Below are positions 12,831 to 24,691 of a stretch of 64,000 nt of DNA, in pieces. How positions within the stretch are numbered: position 1 is the first letter of the stretch; the number at the start of each line of letters is the position of its first letter. Source of the stretch: Strigamia acuminata (Eukaryota); assembly GCA_949358305.1 (NCBI GenBank), contig OX442314.1:3038001-3102000 (forward strand), given 5' to 3'. The notes under the pieces were generated by a model. It saw nothing but the letters and a program-made list of their open reading frames with translations. It did not search any database and was not told the DNA's origin. Made by a program: the position numbers and the translations under genes.

Positions 12831-13520
12831 TCAAATGTCGTACGTACTCGATGTTTATTTTTAACTATCGATTCGGTCATTAACGCTAGTAGTATATACA
12901 TATATATAAAAAATAATCGTCATTTGTGTATAAAAATTTAATAATATTAAAAAGAGAGTCGAATCGATGCGGTATTTTCGAAAAAACAAACGACTAAACG
13001 AATTTCTTTATTTCAAAATCGATTAAAATTGGACCAAATGAGTAATGACACCTAACACTTTTTTATTGGTGTTTCAAATCGTCGACAGAGTGCGTCACTA
13101 CCGCACGATTTTTTCGTGACTGCAGTGACCATGTCAAAAAAAACATTAATGAACGTATTTTTTCTTTACAATTTAAAAAAAAGAAACAAAACACACAAAC
13201 ATTCAAGCCTTTTAAAAGAAAAACAACGCCATTTCGGATCGTCCCATGCAAATCAAATAAAATTGATAAGATGTGAAGTGCTAATCATGTAAATAATCAT
13301 AAAGTCAAATTTCATATCGAGTTCACCGTCATTTATTCGGAATTTAAACTTAAAACTGATAAGTGAAATAGAATTTCTTTTCTTGTACACGACGACTAAT
13401 CATATTAATCAATCAATCCATCGATTTCGAAGAACAAACAATGAAAAAAATTGATTTTATTTTGTGTTCACAAACTTGGATGATAAAGAGAAAAACGAAT
13501 TCGACGACGAGTTGACTCGC

Positions 13521-15967
13521 TTATTCCGATGGCCCGGGCGGTGGTCCGGGCGGTGGCCCGGGCGGAGGCCAGGAAAGAGGCCACGGCGGAGGCCAGGCGG
13601 GAAGCCAGGCGGGAGGTCCGGGCGGATTCCCGGGCGGATTCCACGGCAGATTCCACGGCATATTCCACGACGGATTCCACGACGGATTCCACGGCAGATT
13701 CCACGACGGATTCCACGACGCAGGTTGTACGGGTTGGATGATGGCGTTAGCATTGGCGGCCGATGGTTGGGGTTGGGCTTGCTGGGTGGCGATTTGACCC
13801 CCGTTGACCATGGGCATGAAGCCCTGCGCGTACTGTTGCTGGGCCTGCACGGCTGCACGGCCGCGAACGGCGTTTTCGTCGGATCGGGTCGGATCGGGTC
13901 GGATCGGGTCGATTTGACCTCGCTCGTTGACCATAGACGTTTTGGTCGGGTCGTGGCCCAGCTCAATTTCAGTCAGGCGCTTCTCTTCCTTGTCTTTTTT
14001 GTATTCTAGAAATTGAATCACACTTAATTTCACGACATGATTTCGGCCGATATTTCGGTAAACACCGATATCGGATCCGAAATTTTTTTGTGCGTGGTCG
14101 ATACCGATATTGCCACGTTTCTAAAACGTTTCGTTTTAGAATAAAACGATACGTTTTCGAAACGCTTTCGAAACGTTTTCGAAGCAGTATATATGTAACT
14201 ATATATGTAGGAGGTTACATTTAAATCACTTCGACCCCCTGTCATTTGTTATGTCGCGTAAGCACCCTCGGCCGATAATCGGTTGCCGATTATCGGTATC
14301 GGCGATACTACCAAATATCGATATCGGTCTGTAGTGTTGTAATAGGCCACTAGATGGCGTTAGTGATCAAGGCCGATGACAAGGCCGTTTAGAGAATTAA
14401 AGAGCACTTGCTAGCGAGCATTGGAATGGAGCGCATGTCAGTCATTTCACACAATATCACACGGTCAAAGTCTAATTTTAAATTACGTCTGATCTTCTTT
14501 TCCATTTCGATAAACAACAACTCTTTGTAGAAGAATTCATCTTTGTCTTTCGGCATGGCTTTTGGTTTAGTCGCATATTTCTTTGTTCTCACATTCGTTT
14601 TCGGCTTCTTGGCTAGCGGTTCTGCATTCATTGAATTAATCGTTATTACTTCCTGATTGATTAATTGATTAAATCACCGTCTGTTGGGGAGACGTTCCAG
14701 CTGGCATTTAACTCCTGCATGCTTGGCGTCAAGTGGTAGTTGTGTTTGTACATCACATTTAATAAATCGGCGTGGTATGCATATTTAAACTGGTTTAGGA
14801 GGTATCGATCGACGTGGGTTTGGTACGATATACTCATAGGTCGTAGGTCGTCGTTGAAAAAGTTATCCGGGTCCGGGAACATCTCCAAGAACTTCTCGAC
14901 GCTGAAGTCGCTGCAAAACGAACATTAAAATTGAAAAAAATAATTAAAAACCTTCTCTTGTATCATAAAAATATTTCGAATGCATAAAACAACAAAAAAC
15001 CTTTCCACATTTTCCACATTTTTCCGTTTTGTCGCCGTTCGTTGAACTTCCGCCAACTTCGGATAATTCCGATTGTCCATCCACTTGTTGACCGTCTCGT
15101 TGATGTAATTTACATCGTTCTCGACGAAATACCGCAGATACTCGGGATCCGCGTCCGGGAAAAGTTCTAAAATTGATCCCACTTTCTTCATCGCCATCGA
15201 TTCATCATTCCGGGCGCTCCGAACGTCATTCGCCGCAGGAAACGGCGCCGGCCCGTTCATTCCGAGTAATTCAGTTACTACGATGCGAACTCGGTCCGGA
15301 TTTGCGTGGTGCGCCTCCAAGTACGCCAAGATCTCCTCATTGCACTTGTTTCGCACGACTTTGCTAACCACTTCCACGTCTTTCATCAATTCGGCGTATT
15401 TGTCCGCTTTCTGTTCTTCCGGGATGTTGAACGGCGTTTCTTCGGGTTCCTTTTGCCATTTGGCGATCATCCGATTGATCACGATGTTCGTCCTGTTGGC
15501 GTTCGCGCTCACTTGTTCCAGCAACGCGAAAACCTCGTTCGGATCTACTATGAAATCCGGATAGAGTTCGCGAAGCTTGTTAACGATCAAAGCTACTTCC
15601 TATGTTTAAATTAAATCTCTTTTAATTATTGTTTGATAGTTTCGATTAATCTAAAATCAAATACTTGTGTGATGTCTTTTTCAACTTCTGGCGCGGGCGC
15701 AAAGGCGATCGTGCCGGCTATGTTCGAACGATCCGCAATGTCGTCGCCGTCACCGTTTTCTTCAACTGCGTAGTGTGTCGCGGTCGAAACTGCAATCACC
15801 CCGGGAATGTCATCGTCTTCGTAGTCATCGTCTTCGTCGTCGAGTTTGATGTCGTTTTCAGCTTCTGACGCGGGCGCAACGGCAGTGTTCGGACGATCCT
15901 CATTTTCGTTTCTGTTCATCGTCGTCGTGTCGCTGTGCCGTGATTTTAAAAATTCATTTTTTTTCAT
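13521..15967 (-). CDS. RNF216/TRIAD3-like derivative lacking the RING1-IBR-RING2 module, with a W-N-P repeat C-terminus (584 aa)
   Basis: Exons 15967-15665, 15599-15001, 14910-14678, 14621-14487, 14005-13521; all GT-AG with compatible phases, 1755 nt. CUE-like ELFPDADPEYL..YPK, FSVEKFLEMFPDP, DEFFYKELLF and C-terminal IELGHDP resemble invertebrate RNF216-like proteins. No Cys-rich RBR region is present. Confidence 0.7.
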
Positions 15968-16329
15968 CGATTTTCATGATTAAATTAAGAAATCGAGCCA
16001 GTAATTTATTGATATGTGAAAGAAACGGAAAAAAAAGCCGAAAGGCTCTTAGCCCTTTTCGACGATATTCGAAAATAAGAGCCGAAACGAGCACGGCTCG
16101 ATGAAATGAACTTGAAACTGCGCGCGCTGAACCCGCGCCGCTGTGTTTTATTTGTGTTTGTTTGTTGATACAAAGTTGAATTCCGTCGGCAGATGGACCG
16201 CTAGACGGAGATCGATCGGTCGCAACCATTCGACCAACAAAAACGAAATGCGCCTCCGTATTTCCAGTCGAAGATAAAAACCAAACGGCTTTCTCGAACT
16301 CCGTGAAACACAAAGTAAACAAATACTCC

Positions 16330-16665
16330 TAGCCGATGCAGTTCATCATCGACACCTGAAAGTGAGTTGAAATGCGATTGATTAACTTTTGTGACTCATC
16401 AATCATTAACTCACCCTCCGTTTTCGAAATGCTTGTAGTCTTTGATGGCCTCGTGACACACGTAGCTGAAGGTGTTTCGGTTCTTTGCAAAGTCTTTTTA
16501 AAGAAAATTAATGAAGACTTAAAAACAATTTTTTGTTTTTATTAATTTTCTTTTCACCTGCACGTCACTTTGGGAAATTCCGGGTTGAGGCAGCGAAAGA
16601 TCTTGACGTTGGCGTTTGGCATGGCGGTGCAGAAGGAGCAGTGCGGACACCATTCGAGGTCCGTG
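16330..16665 (-). pseudogene. RNF216-like RBR relic (IBR and end of RING2)
   Basis: Translates to DLEWCPHCSFCTAMPNANVKIFRCLNPEFPKVTCR | LCKEPKHLQLR, fused out of frame to YVCHEAIKDYKHF; splice sites are retained. Confidence 0.75.
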
Positions 16666-17751
16666 TTTCTTACCAGTTGCACATAAAAACCAAACGGCTC
16701 GGACTCCATGAAACACAGAGCAACAGAGTAAACGAATCAATTTTAAAACACAAAGTTTCTAATCAGTTTTGTTTTAGTTCGTAAAACTCTCTTCTTTGTT
16801 TATTTTAATATTGCTAACATTTTTATTTTTATGCTGGAGCCCAAGGTTTGCACACTTTTGGCCCTTTCCTCATTAGCTATCCGCATTTGCACAACAAATT
16901 GAATGCCCGGATGTTGTAACGCTCCACCAAGTTGCCTCGAAGAAACCACAAGGATTTGCGATTTTGGACAACTCAACCTGTTGTCAAGTGCTAATCGTTT
17001 TTAATCCGCTCAAATGGTTTATCTTGCACGCACTGGCTGTCATTGGACTCTCAAGGGCCAGATCTACGTAACTCTGTCAGATTCTGTGATAAATACAATT
17101 AGGAGAATTAAAACGAAGAATGTCGCACATTTTCCATTAATGTGCACGCAAATTTTACGGACAAAATACATTTTATAACAGAAAAATGCACTTTTTTGTC
17201 GGATAAAGCATTTTTGTCTGAAAACTGTTTTTTTTTCTTAGAATATTGTATTTTTTCTGCAAATCCATTTTTTTTTTTACCTCAAAATGCATTTTTCTGT
17301 TCGCAAATGCATTTGTCTATCTGTAAAGCATTTTTCTATTTTTAAATACATTTTTCTATCTGCAAATGCATTTTTTCATTTGCAAATACTTTGTTTCACC
17401 TCAAAATGCATTTAACTGTCTGCATAAACACTTTTTGGCTTGAAAATACACTTTTCTGCTAAAAAAAAAAGGGGTCATTTCTGAAATTTTAATATTTAGT
17501 CTATCCTTCTTCGAATTTAATAATTTTTCGTCTTTATTAACAATAAATTCAAGTTCCGTCACTGTCATTGTGAGGTCGGTTCCCTTTTGATACTCACTTT
17601 CAACTTGTGACCACTAATTTGAAGTAAAAATTCGAAATCAACATTTGGACTTGAAATCGGCAGCATTGGGAATGTCAATACTTTCTTTGCACATTTATCT
17701 TTTAAACATTTATAATTGGTTTTGTCTCAAACTGAGTGGTTAATTTGTCTA

Positions 17752-18022
17752 ATCCTCGACAGCAAGTAAGTCCAGTTTTTCACGTTTTTTCTCGTTTTAT
17801 TTCTCGTTTTTTGGGTTTTTTCCCGATTTTATGCCATTTTAATGGAAACTTTTTTTCCCAGCCTTTTCCAGCGGCCTCCTGCGGTCCTCGACAGCAAGTA
17901 AGTCCGGTTTTTCACGTTTTTTCTCGTTTTATTTCTCGTTTTTTGGGTTTTTTTTTCGATTTTATGCCATTTTAATGGAAATTTTTTTTTCCCAGCCTTT
18001 TCCAGCGGTCTGCGGTCCTCGG
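17752..18022. repeat. ~133-bp tandem duplication
   Basis: TCCTCGACAGCAAGTAAGTCC...CCAGCCTTTTCCAGCGG occurs twice. Confidence 0.85.
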
Positions 18023-19299
18023 TTTTTAATAAACTATCCACAATCTTTAGATAGTTTAATAAAAAGTTAAATTTATATCTGTAGGATTTTCAAATGATGA
18101 CTGCAGCTTGTTTCGACCGCCCAAAGGCCTCTGGACAGCCCCCGACTGCCCCCGACTGTGGTGACACTGGAAGGTGAGATGGCCTTTGTTTTGTTTTGTA
18201 TTTCTAAGCCTTTTTGTGCATTTTTTGGCATGAAAGTTGCAATTTTTAGTAGTAAAATTGCATTTTTGGTGCGGAAATTGCTTTTTTTGGCAGAAAAATT
18301 GCATTTTTGATAGGAAAATTTCAATTTTTGAGAAGAAAATTGCATTTTTTGGCACGAAAATGGCATTTTTGGTAGGAAAATTGCAATTTTCGAGATTAAA
18401 ATAGCATTTTTTGGCAGGAAAATTGCATTTTTGGCACAAAAATTGCAATTTTCGAAATTAAAATTGCATTTTTTGGCAGGAAAATTGCATTTTTGGCACG
18501 AAAATGGCATTTTTCGTAAGAAAATTGCAATTTTCTAGATTAAAATTGCATTTTTTGGCAGGAAAATTGCATTTTTGACAAGAAAATGGCATTTTTGGTA
18601 GGAAAATTGCAAAATTGCAATTGCTGCCCCTGCGCTCATCACTTTCCTGCACGACTAAACAAACAAGTCTACGACTAATTGTTGGTATTTTTTTTGATTT
18701 TCACTCTCCAGAGAGCGCCACTGTTTCAATGGCGTGAGCCCAACCGATATACGGGTTCGTGTTTACCGCCTATCCAGGCGGTAACAAACGGTAAATATGT
18801 ACGAAGACATTGATTTAGCGCTGGCATTACAAATGCAGGAGGAAGAAAAACGATCGATGAACGAAAATATTCCCAAAAATAATCCTGGTATGACGGAATC
18901 GACACGAAACAGAAACCGAATAAATTATTTATTTATTCGTCTCCAGATCAGAAATCTATCGTCGATTCTTGTTGGGAAACCATCGACCCTGCACCCGACG
19001 TGCACCGCCTCTTCCTCCAATTCAACGACGAATACTTTTGGGGAAAACTCGTCGGCGTCGAAGTCAAATGGAGTCCCCGCATGACCCTGTGCAGAATATC
19101 ACTCAATCTCGATTCATTTCTTCAATTAATCAATTAATTTTAAAGGTGCGCGGGCCTGTGCTGCTACGAGGGCCGTGGCGGGCTGTGCTCGGTGCGATTG
19201 AGCCAACCGTTGCTCAAATTGCGTCCGCGCAAAGACCTGGTGGAGACACTATTGCACGAAATGATCCACGCCTATTTGTTCGTCACCGCCAACAATAAG

Positions 19300-22200
19300 T
19301 GTTGTGTAACCTTGACTTCATATATTTAATACCAATAATGGAAAATGTCGGAAACAATGTGAATAACTAAGAATGATTTTGTACGAGGCAAATCCGTGTG
19401 TAACCTAGCAATAAAAAGAAACAGAACGATTCATTCCATGTTCGTAGCTACAGAGGGATGTTGATATATAGAGTCTGAGTCAATTATTCGTAACGAAACC
19501 AACTTATTTGGGACATATTCTACAATGGTATCCACGATGCTTGGAAGATTCCTGTGAAGAATACGGTTTTTGAAGAAGTCAGGTTTTTGAGAGCAGCCAA
19601 ACGTCGTTCCGGATCGAATAGTCCTGGAACACGGGTGTTCCAGGAAGTTTGGACAGTAAGCCAAGCGATTCTTAGTTTGACTGTAGAGGAAGGAAGACGA
19701 TGGCGCAGCTTATGCTAGGCAGCTTGCTGCCGTTTGCGGGATCGTCGCTGCAGGAATGGATCTCGTGGCGGGAAACCTTTACCATGTTCGTGGCGCTGAA
19801 CGACGTGGCCGACGATAAGCAGGTCCCCCTGTTACTGACGACAGTGGGGACGATCACGTACGACAGGATGAAACGTCTGGTCGCGCCAAAGTTGTTGGCG
19901 ACAATGAAGGTAGAAGAGATTCTCGAGGCGATGGACACTTACTATAGTTCAGTTGACACGCCGTATATGGCTCGGCAGAAGTTGGGGGCGAAGCGGCGGC
20001 TCGAAGGTGAATCGGTGGAGAAATTCATCGCAGAGCTCAGAGTCATGGCACAGAGATGTAACTTCGCGACCAAGACGGAGGTAGACAGCGCAATTATAGA
20101 CCAAGTTATCAGGGGAACCAGGAACACGACTTTAGTACGGGAGATTTTGTTAAAAATGCCCATTACAGTTAGCGAAATGACAAAACTCGCAGTCGCGCAT
20201 GAGATGGCGCATATGGCCGCGACGGGGACGGAGGAACCGCTGCCAGTACTGGAGGTAGCGCGAGCGTCATCGTCAGCGGTGCTACAGTTGGCGTCGGGAC
20301 TCCGAAGAGCGCCTCAGAGAGGACGAGGATCGCCAGGTTTTTTTCGCGGCACGCAGGGACGTGCGCAGCGAGGTGGAGCGGCGCAACTATCGAGGGGCGG
20401 ACCGGCGGCGGGCGGTGGCCGCGGGCTGCCACCTATGAAGAGAGATGGTACTCCGGTGAGATGTTTTCGTTGCGGTGGGCCCCATTACGTGCGGGACTGC
20501 CCTTTTGAATACGTGCAAAGTGGTCCCCCTGTTACGGATGGTTCGGGAGGAACGCGAGCTTCGTCTGTATGGTCGAAGAAGAATGCCGTAGCCAGAGAAG
20601 TGGATTGTCAGCCGTCGTTCCCCTCTGAAGAGAAAGTCGGTTTCACTGCGGGCGCAGCTGCCGATGATGATTGGAAGCAGTTGCGAGTGCCGGTGAACGA
20701 GCTACACGAAGAAGAGGAGGACTTTGCATTGTTTCAGCTGCAAGCCAGCAGTTTAAAGCAGCCGCCTTTGATGGTTCAGGTGAAGCTGAATAATAGACTG
20801 TTCGACATGCAACTGGACACAGGGAGTGAGAAATCAGTCATTAATATCGCAGATTTTAATACGTTGTTAGTACAAGGGCTGGCCACGATGCAGCAGATCA
20901 GACAAATTGGGACGCGCCTTTTTGCGTATCAACATCAGCCAATAGAAGTTTTTGGCACGATCCAGTTACAAGTAGACATAGCGGGAGTGAGACGGGTGGC
21001 GGACTTCACTATTGTGGGTCGCCGTGGTCCGAGTCTGCTTGGGCGCGATTTGGTTCATTTGTTTGGTTTGGCGCTGATGTTGAAAGCGTCCAGCCAGCGG
21101 TCTGCAATGGAGAGCAGTAGCGACATTAATGAAAAACAACTTAAAACGATAAAGCAAATTGAAGAGAATAAAGATAATAGTGATGAAGTGGTACGTAAAT
21201 TGGATGAAGTTTTGAAACGATGCATGAAGGTGTTTGATGAGGAGCTGGGAACGTATTCCGGAGAGCCGATCGAGTTGGTACTCAGGCCGGATGCTACTCC
21301 CAAGTTTTACAGGCCAAGGCCTGTCCCTTTCCCGTTGAGGGAAGCGGTGTCGTTAGAAATAGACAGGTTGGTGCAGCAAGGAGTTTTTAAGCCGGTGGCC
21401 TTTTCAGCTTGGGCAACCCCTTTGGTGACAGTTCGAAAGAAAGACGGCGGCGTGAGGTTGTGCGGGGATTACCGCTCGACGGTGAACTCCAGCCTCCAGC
21501 CGGACCCCTACCCGCTGCCGAAAATCTCGGACTTGTTGGCTTCGATTGGGAGAGCGAGAATTTTCTCAACGTTGGATTTGAAGCAAGCATACTTACAAGT
21601 ACCTTTATCAGAGAAATCGGCGATGATAGCAGCAGTAAATACGATTAGGGGGCTGATGGCCGTCACAAGACTGCCATTTGGCACCATGCCTTCAGCCGGT
21701 ATTTTCCAAAGAATCATGGAGTTGGTCCTTGCGGGGGTTCCTCGGATATTTATTTACCTCGACGACATTTTAATTGCGACGTGGTCGATGGAGGAGCACT
21801 TAGTGATACTGGAGTTAATTTTTACCAAGTTGATGAAGAAAGGTTTAAGGTTGGCCAGAGAAAAATGCTTATTTTGCAAAAAGGTGTTGAACTTTTTGGG
21901 TTTCCGCATATCTGAGGAAGGGGTGGAACCAATTTCGTCAAGAATCGAGGCGATTGTGAAGATGAAGGCACCTCATGATGTTAAGGGCTTGCGGACCTTC
22001 CTGGGAATTGTTGCATTTTATGCAAGTTTCGTTAGTAATTTGGCAACTCGGGCAGCCCCACTTTACGAGCTGTTATGCGCAGACGTGGCCTGGTTGTGGA
22101 ATGAGAGACGGCAGAAGTCTTTTGATGGAGTGAAGAGTGCATTGACAAACGCACCCATCCTTACCTTTTATGATTTGGACAGACCGGTCGTGGTGGCAAC

Positions 22201-24691
22201 TGACGCCTCACCTTACGGGGTGGGGGCAGTTTTGGCCCATTTGGATGACCAGTTACGTGAACTGCCGGTAGCATATGCGTCCAGGTCCCTCAACAGGGCG
22301 GAGGTAAACTACGCTCAAATCGATCGTGAGGCCCTTTCCATAATTTTTGCGGTGAAAAAGTTTCATTCCTACTTGATGGGCAGACGTTTTACTGTGTTCA
22401 CTGACCATAAACCCTTGTTGGGTATATTGGGACCAGACAAGCCAATACCGGTGGTGATTAGCCCGCGAATGATGCGCTGGGCTTTAACACTAGCAGCATA
22501 TGATTACACCTTATGCTACAGGAAAGGTGAAGATAATCAAAATGCTGATGTTTTGAGCAGGTTTCCAGTTGATCCGCCAGACAGAGAGAGGGAGGAATAT
22601 CCGTTATTTTTGGTGGACCTCCAAAGAGAAGATCTTTTACTGGCAAAGGATGTGGCGCAGGCAACGGAATCTGATAATGACCTGAAGGTGGTGACGGCAG
22701 CAATGAGAACGGGTGACAAATCACGTTTACAAGAGGCCCCAGCTTTAAAATTCTTTTTGGAGAATTATGACGAATTTAGTCTGGTCCTGGGTGTCCTTCT
22801 GTGGGGGCAGAGAGTTGTAATGCCGAAAGAATTGCGTCCCCAGATGCTGAAGTTGCTGCACGAAGGCCACCCCGGCATTGTGGCGATGAAAAAGAGGGCA
22901 CGGAGCGTCGTATGGTGGGTGGGAATGTCGGCGGACATTGATGCTTTTGCTCAGCGGTGCGAATTATGCGCGCAGAATAGGACGACACCCCCGCGACTTA
23001 CTCCAGTTTCATGGCCAAAAGCGGAAGCGCCTTGGCTCCGTGTCCACATTGACTATGCCGGCCCGATTTTGGCACACATGGTCCTGATCCTGGCAGATGC
23101 TTATTCGGGCTGGATCGAGGCCCATGCGACCAAGACCGCCACTTCCTCATCAACGATTTGGATACTTCGCCGCATATTTAGTACTTTTGGGATTCCACAT
23201 GTGGTTGTAAGTGATAATGGACCCCAGTTTGCGTCATCGGAATTTGAGCAGTTTTTGATGAAGAATGGGATTATTCACATTTTTTCACCCCCGTACCATC
23301 CGGCCAGCAACGGTTTAGCAGAAAGGGCCGTGCGTTGGGTCAAGGAAAAGCTGGTCAAATTTCAAACTGGGAATATCGAGCTGAGGTTACTGCGGCTGTC
23401 CTTGTTTCAACATACGAATTTTAGAGGCAAGGGCGATAAGTCTCCGGCAATGGCTTTTATGGGGCGGCAACTTTTTACCCATATTGATCTGGTCAAGCCA
23501 AGGACGGTCGAATGGGAGCCCAGAGGTGCAAGTCTTGCGAGAGTTTTTGAATTGGGTCAGGCGGTTTGGTGGAAAACTTTTCCGGCGATGAAACCGCCGT
23601 GGAAGGCTGGAGTGGTCATCGAGCGTAGAGGTGATGTGGTGTACGTGGTCAAGGATGTGGAGTCCGCTAAAGAGATGGTCAGACACATTAATCATTTGCG
23701 AAGACGAGAAGTGACAGATACGATTGGGGCAGAAATGCCACGAAATGCCACAACATTCCCAATGGTAACGCCGGAAACCCAAACCCCGCTAATTTTACCT
23801 ACTATTTACAGAAGATTGGCGAAGCCAGCACCTCCACTTGCAGTCAGGCCAATAATTCCGCCGGTTGCGGATCCTCAACCACTTGAAATTGCAGCCGTGC
23901 CACCAATGGAGGTGGCACCGTTACCTGAGTTGGTTATGGATATTGCGGGCCTCTCAGCCCAGCCTGCAAGGGATTCGACGCTGCGATTGTCAGCAGTTGG
24001 CATGACCCCGCCTGAAATTACGGAAGCTTTGGGAGGGCGAGTGGTCAGAGTGCCGATTGATCAGCACCCGTTGACTCCCCTCAGATCGGTTGCTCGTGTC
24101 ACAAGAAATTTAAACCCATTTTATCGTGAAGAGTCGTCTGGGGAGGAAGAAGTAGACGACGTCCAAGATTTAATTCCAGCTTATCATCGGCCGCAATCCC
24201 AGCCAAGACAGTCCAAGCAGGGAACTAGGGTGGCCGATATGACGCGGTTAGAGCCAATACTGGACGAGACAGAGCCGATCGATGATTTGATGCAGGCAGG
24301 AACTTCATCGACAGCGGATCCTGTAATGCAAGACTTACCAAGCAAGGAAAAGTTAAAGAGACGAAACTTTAAAAAGATTAGTTTTAATTAAAATTAGACA
24401 ATATTGCAAAATTTAAAATGTATCGAACGTTACTATAGCTTTTACTGTAAATATGAAGTGGGGAGGTGTTGTGTAACCTTGACTTCATATATTTAATACC
24501 AATAATGGAAAATGTCGGAAACAATGTGAATAACTAAGAATGATTTTGTACGAGGCAAATCCGTGTGTAACCTAGCAATAAAAAGAAACAGAACGATTCA
24601 TTCCATGTTCGTAGCTACAGAGGGATGTTGATATATAGAGTCTGAGTCAATTATTCGTAACGAAACCAACTTATTTGGGACATATTCTACA
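19300..24691 (+). mobile_element. Intact Ty3/Gypsy LTR retrotransposon (Mag-clade-like)
   Basis: 225-bp LTRs 19300-19524 and 24467-24691 (TG..CA, identical by eye), 5-bp TSD ATAAG, TGG PBS start at 19526, PPT GAAGTGGGGAGG. Confidence 0.96.
19700..24391 (+). CDS. Gag-Pol polyprotein (1563 aa)
   Basis: Single ORF: CCHC knuckle CFRCGGPHYVRDC, protease LDTGS, RT YLDD, RNase H TDAS/DHKPL, integrase HPG..CELC and HIDYAGP/SDNG/ERAV. Confidence 0.96.
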   Translation: MAQLMLGSLLPFAGSSLQEWISWRETFTMFVALNDVADDKQVPLLLTTVGTITYDRMKRLVAPKLLATMKVEEILEAMDTYYSSVDTPYMARQKLGAKRRLEGESVEKFIAELRVMAQRCNFATKTEVDSAIIDQVIRGTRNTTLVREILLKMPITVSEMTKLAVAHEMAHMAATGTEEPLPVLEVARASSSAVLQLASGLRRAPQRGRGSPGFFRGTQGRAQRGGAAQLSRGGPAAGGGRGLPPMKRDGTPVRCFRCGGPHYVRDCPFEYVQSGPPVTDGSGGTRASSVWSKKNAVAREVDCQPSFPSEEKVGFTAGAAADDDWKQLRVPVNELHEEEEDFALFQLQASSLKQPPLMVQVKLNNRLFDMQLDTGSEKSVINIADFNTLLVQGLATMQQIRQIGTRLFAYQHQPIEVFGTIQLQVDIAGVRRVADFTIVGRRGPSLLGRDLVHLFGLALMLKASSQRSAMESSSDINEKQLKTIKQIEENKDNSDEVVRKLDEVLKRCMKVFDEELGTYSGEPIELVLRPDATPKFYRPRPVPFPLREAVSLEIDRLVQQGVFKPVAFSAWATPLVTVRKKDGGVRLCGDYRSTVNSSLQPDPYPLPKISDLLASIGRARIFSTLDLKQAYLQVPLSEKSAMIAAVNTIRGLMAVTRLPFGTMPSAGIFQRIMELVLAGVPRIFIYLDDILIATWSMEEHLVILELIFTKLMKKGLRLAREKCLFCKKVLNFLGFRISEEGVEPISSRIEAIVKMKAPHDVKGLRTFLGIVAFYASFVSNLATRAAPLYELLCADVAWLWNERRQKSFDGVKSALTNAPILTFYDLDRPVVVATDASPYGVGAVLAHLDDQLRELPVAYASRSLNRAEVNYAQIDREALSIIFAVKKFHSYLMGRRFTVFTDHKPLLGILGPDKPIPVVISPRMMRWALTLAAYDYTLCYRKGEDNQNADVLSRFPVDPPDREREEYPLFLVDLQREDLLLAKDVAQATESDNDLKVVTAAMRTGDKSRLQEAPALKFFLENYDEFSLVLGVLLWGQRVVMPKELRPQMLKLLHEGHPGIVAMKKRARSVVWWVGMSADIDAFAQRCELCAQNRTTPPRLTPVSWPKAEAPWLRVHIDYAGPILAHMVLILADAYSGWIEAHATKTATSSSTIWILRRIFSTFGIPHVVVSDNGPQFASSEFEQFLMKNGIIHIFSPPYHPASNGLAERAVRWVKEKLVKFQTGNIELRLLRLSLFQHTNFRGKGDKSPAMAFMGRQLFTHIDLVKPRTVEWEPRGASLARVFELGQAVWWKTFPAMKPPWKAGVVIERRGDVVYVVKDVESAKEMVRHINHLRRREVTDTIGAEMPRNATTFPMVTPETQTPLILPTIYRRLAKPAPPLAVRPIIPPVADPQPLEIAAVPPMEVAPLPELVMDIAGLSAQPARDSTLRLSAVGMTPPEITEALGGRVVRVPIDQHPLTPLRSVARVTRNLNPFYREESSGEEEVDDVQDLIPAYHRPQSQPRQSKQGTRVADMTRLEPILDETEPIDDLMQAGTSSTADPVMQDLPSKEKLKRRNFKKISFN

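Noticed and set aside
16198..16240. Helitron 3' end (hairpin plus CTAG on the minus strand)
   Set aside because: The hairpin is weak, CTAG is not followed by T, and the copy at 24819 lacks CTAG.
16835..18785. Exon-like GC-richer patches (16835-17085, 18085-18173, 18711-18780)
   Set aside because: Plausible splice signals but no coherent frame or recognisable protein; left unannotated.
19526..19540. Primer tRNA for the Mag-type element (TGGTATCCACGATG)
   Set aside because: I cannot match it confidently to a tRNA 3' end.
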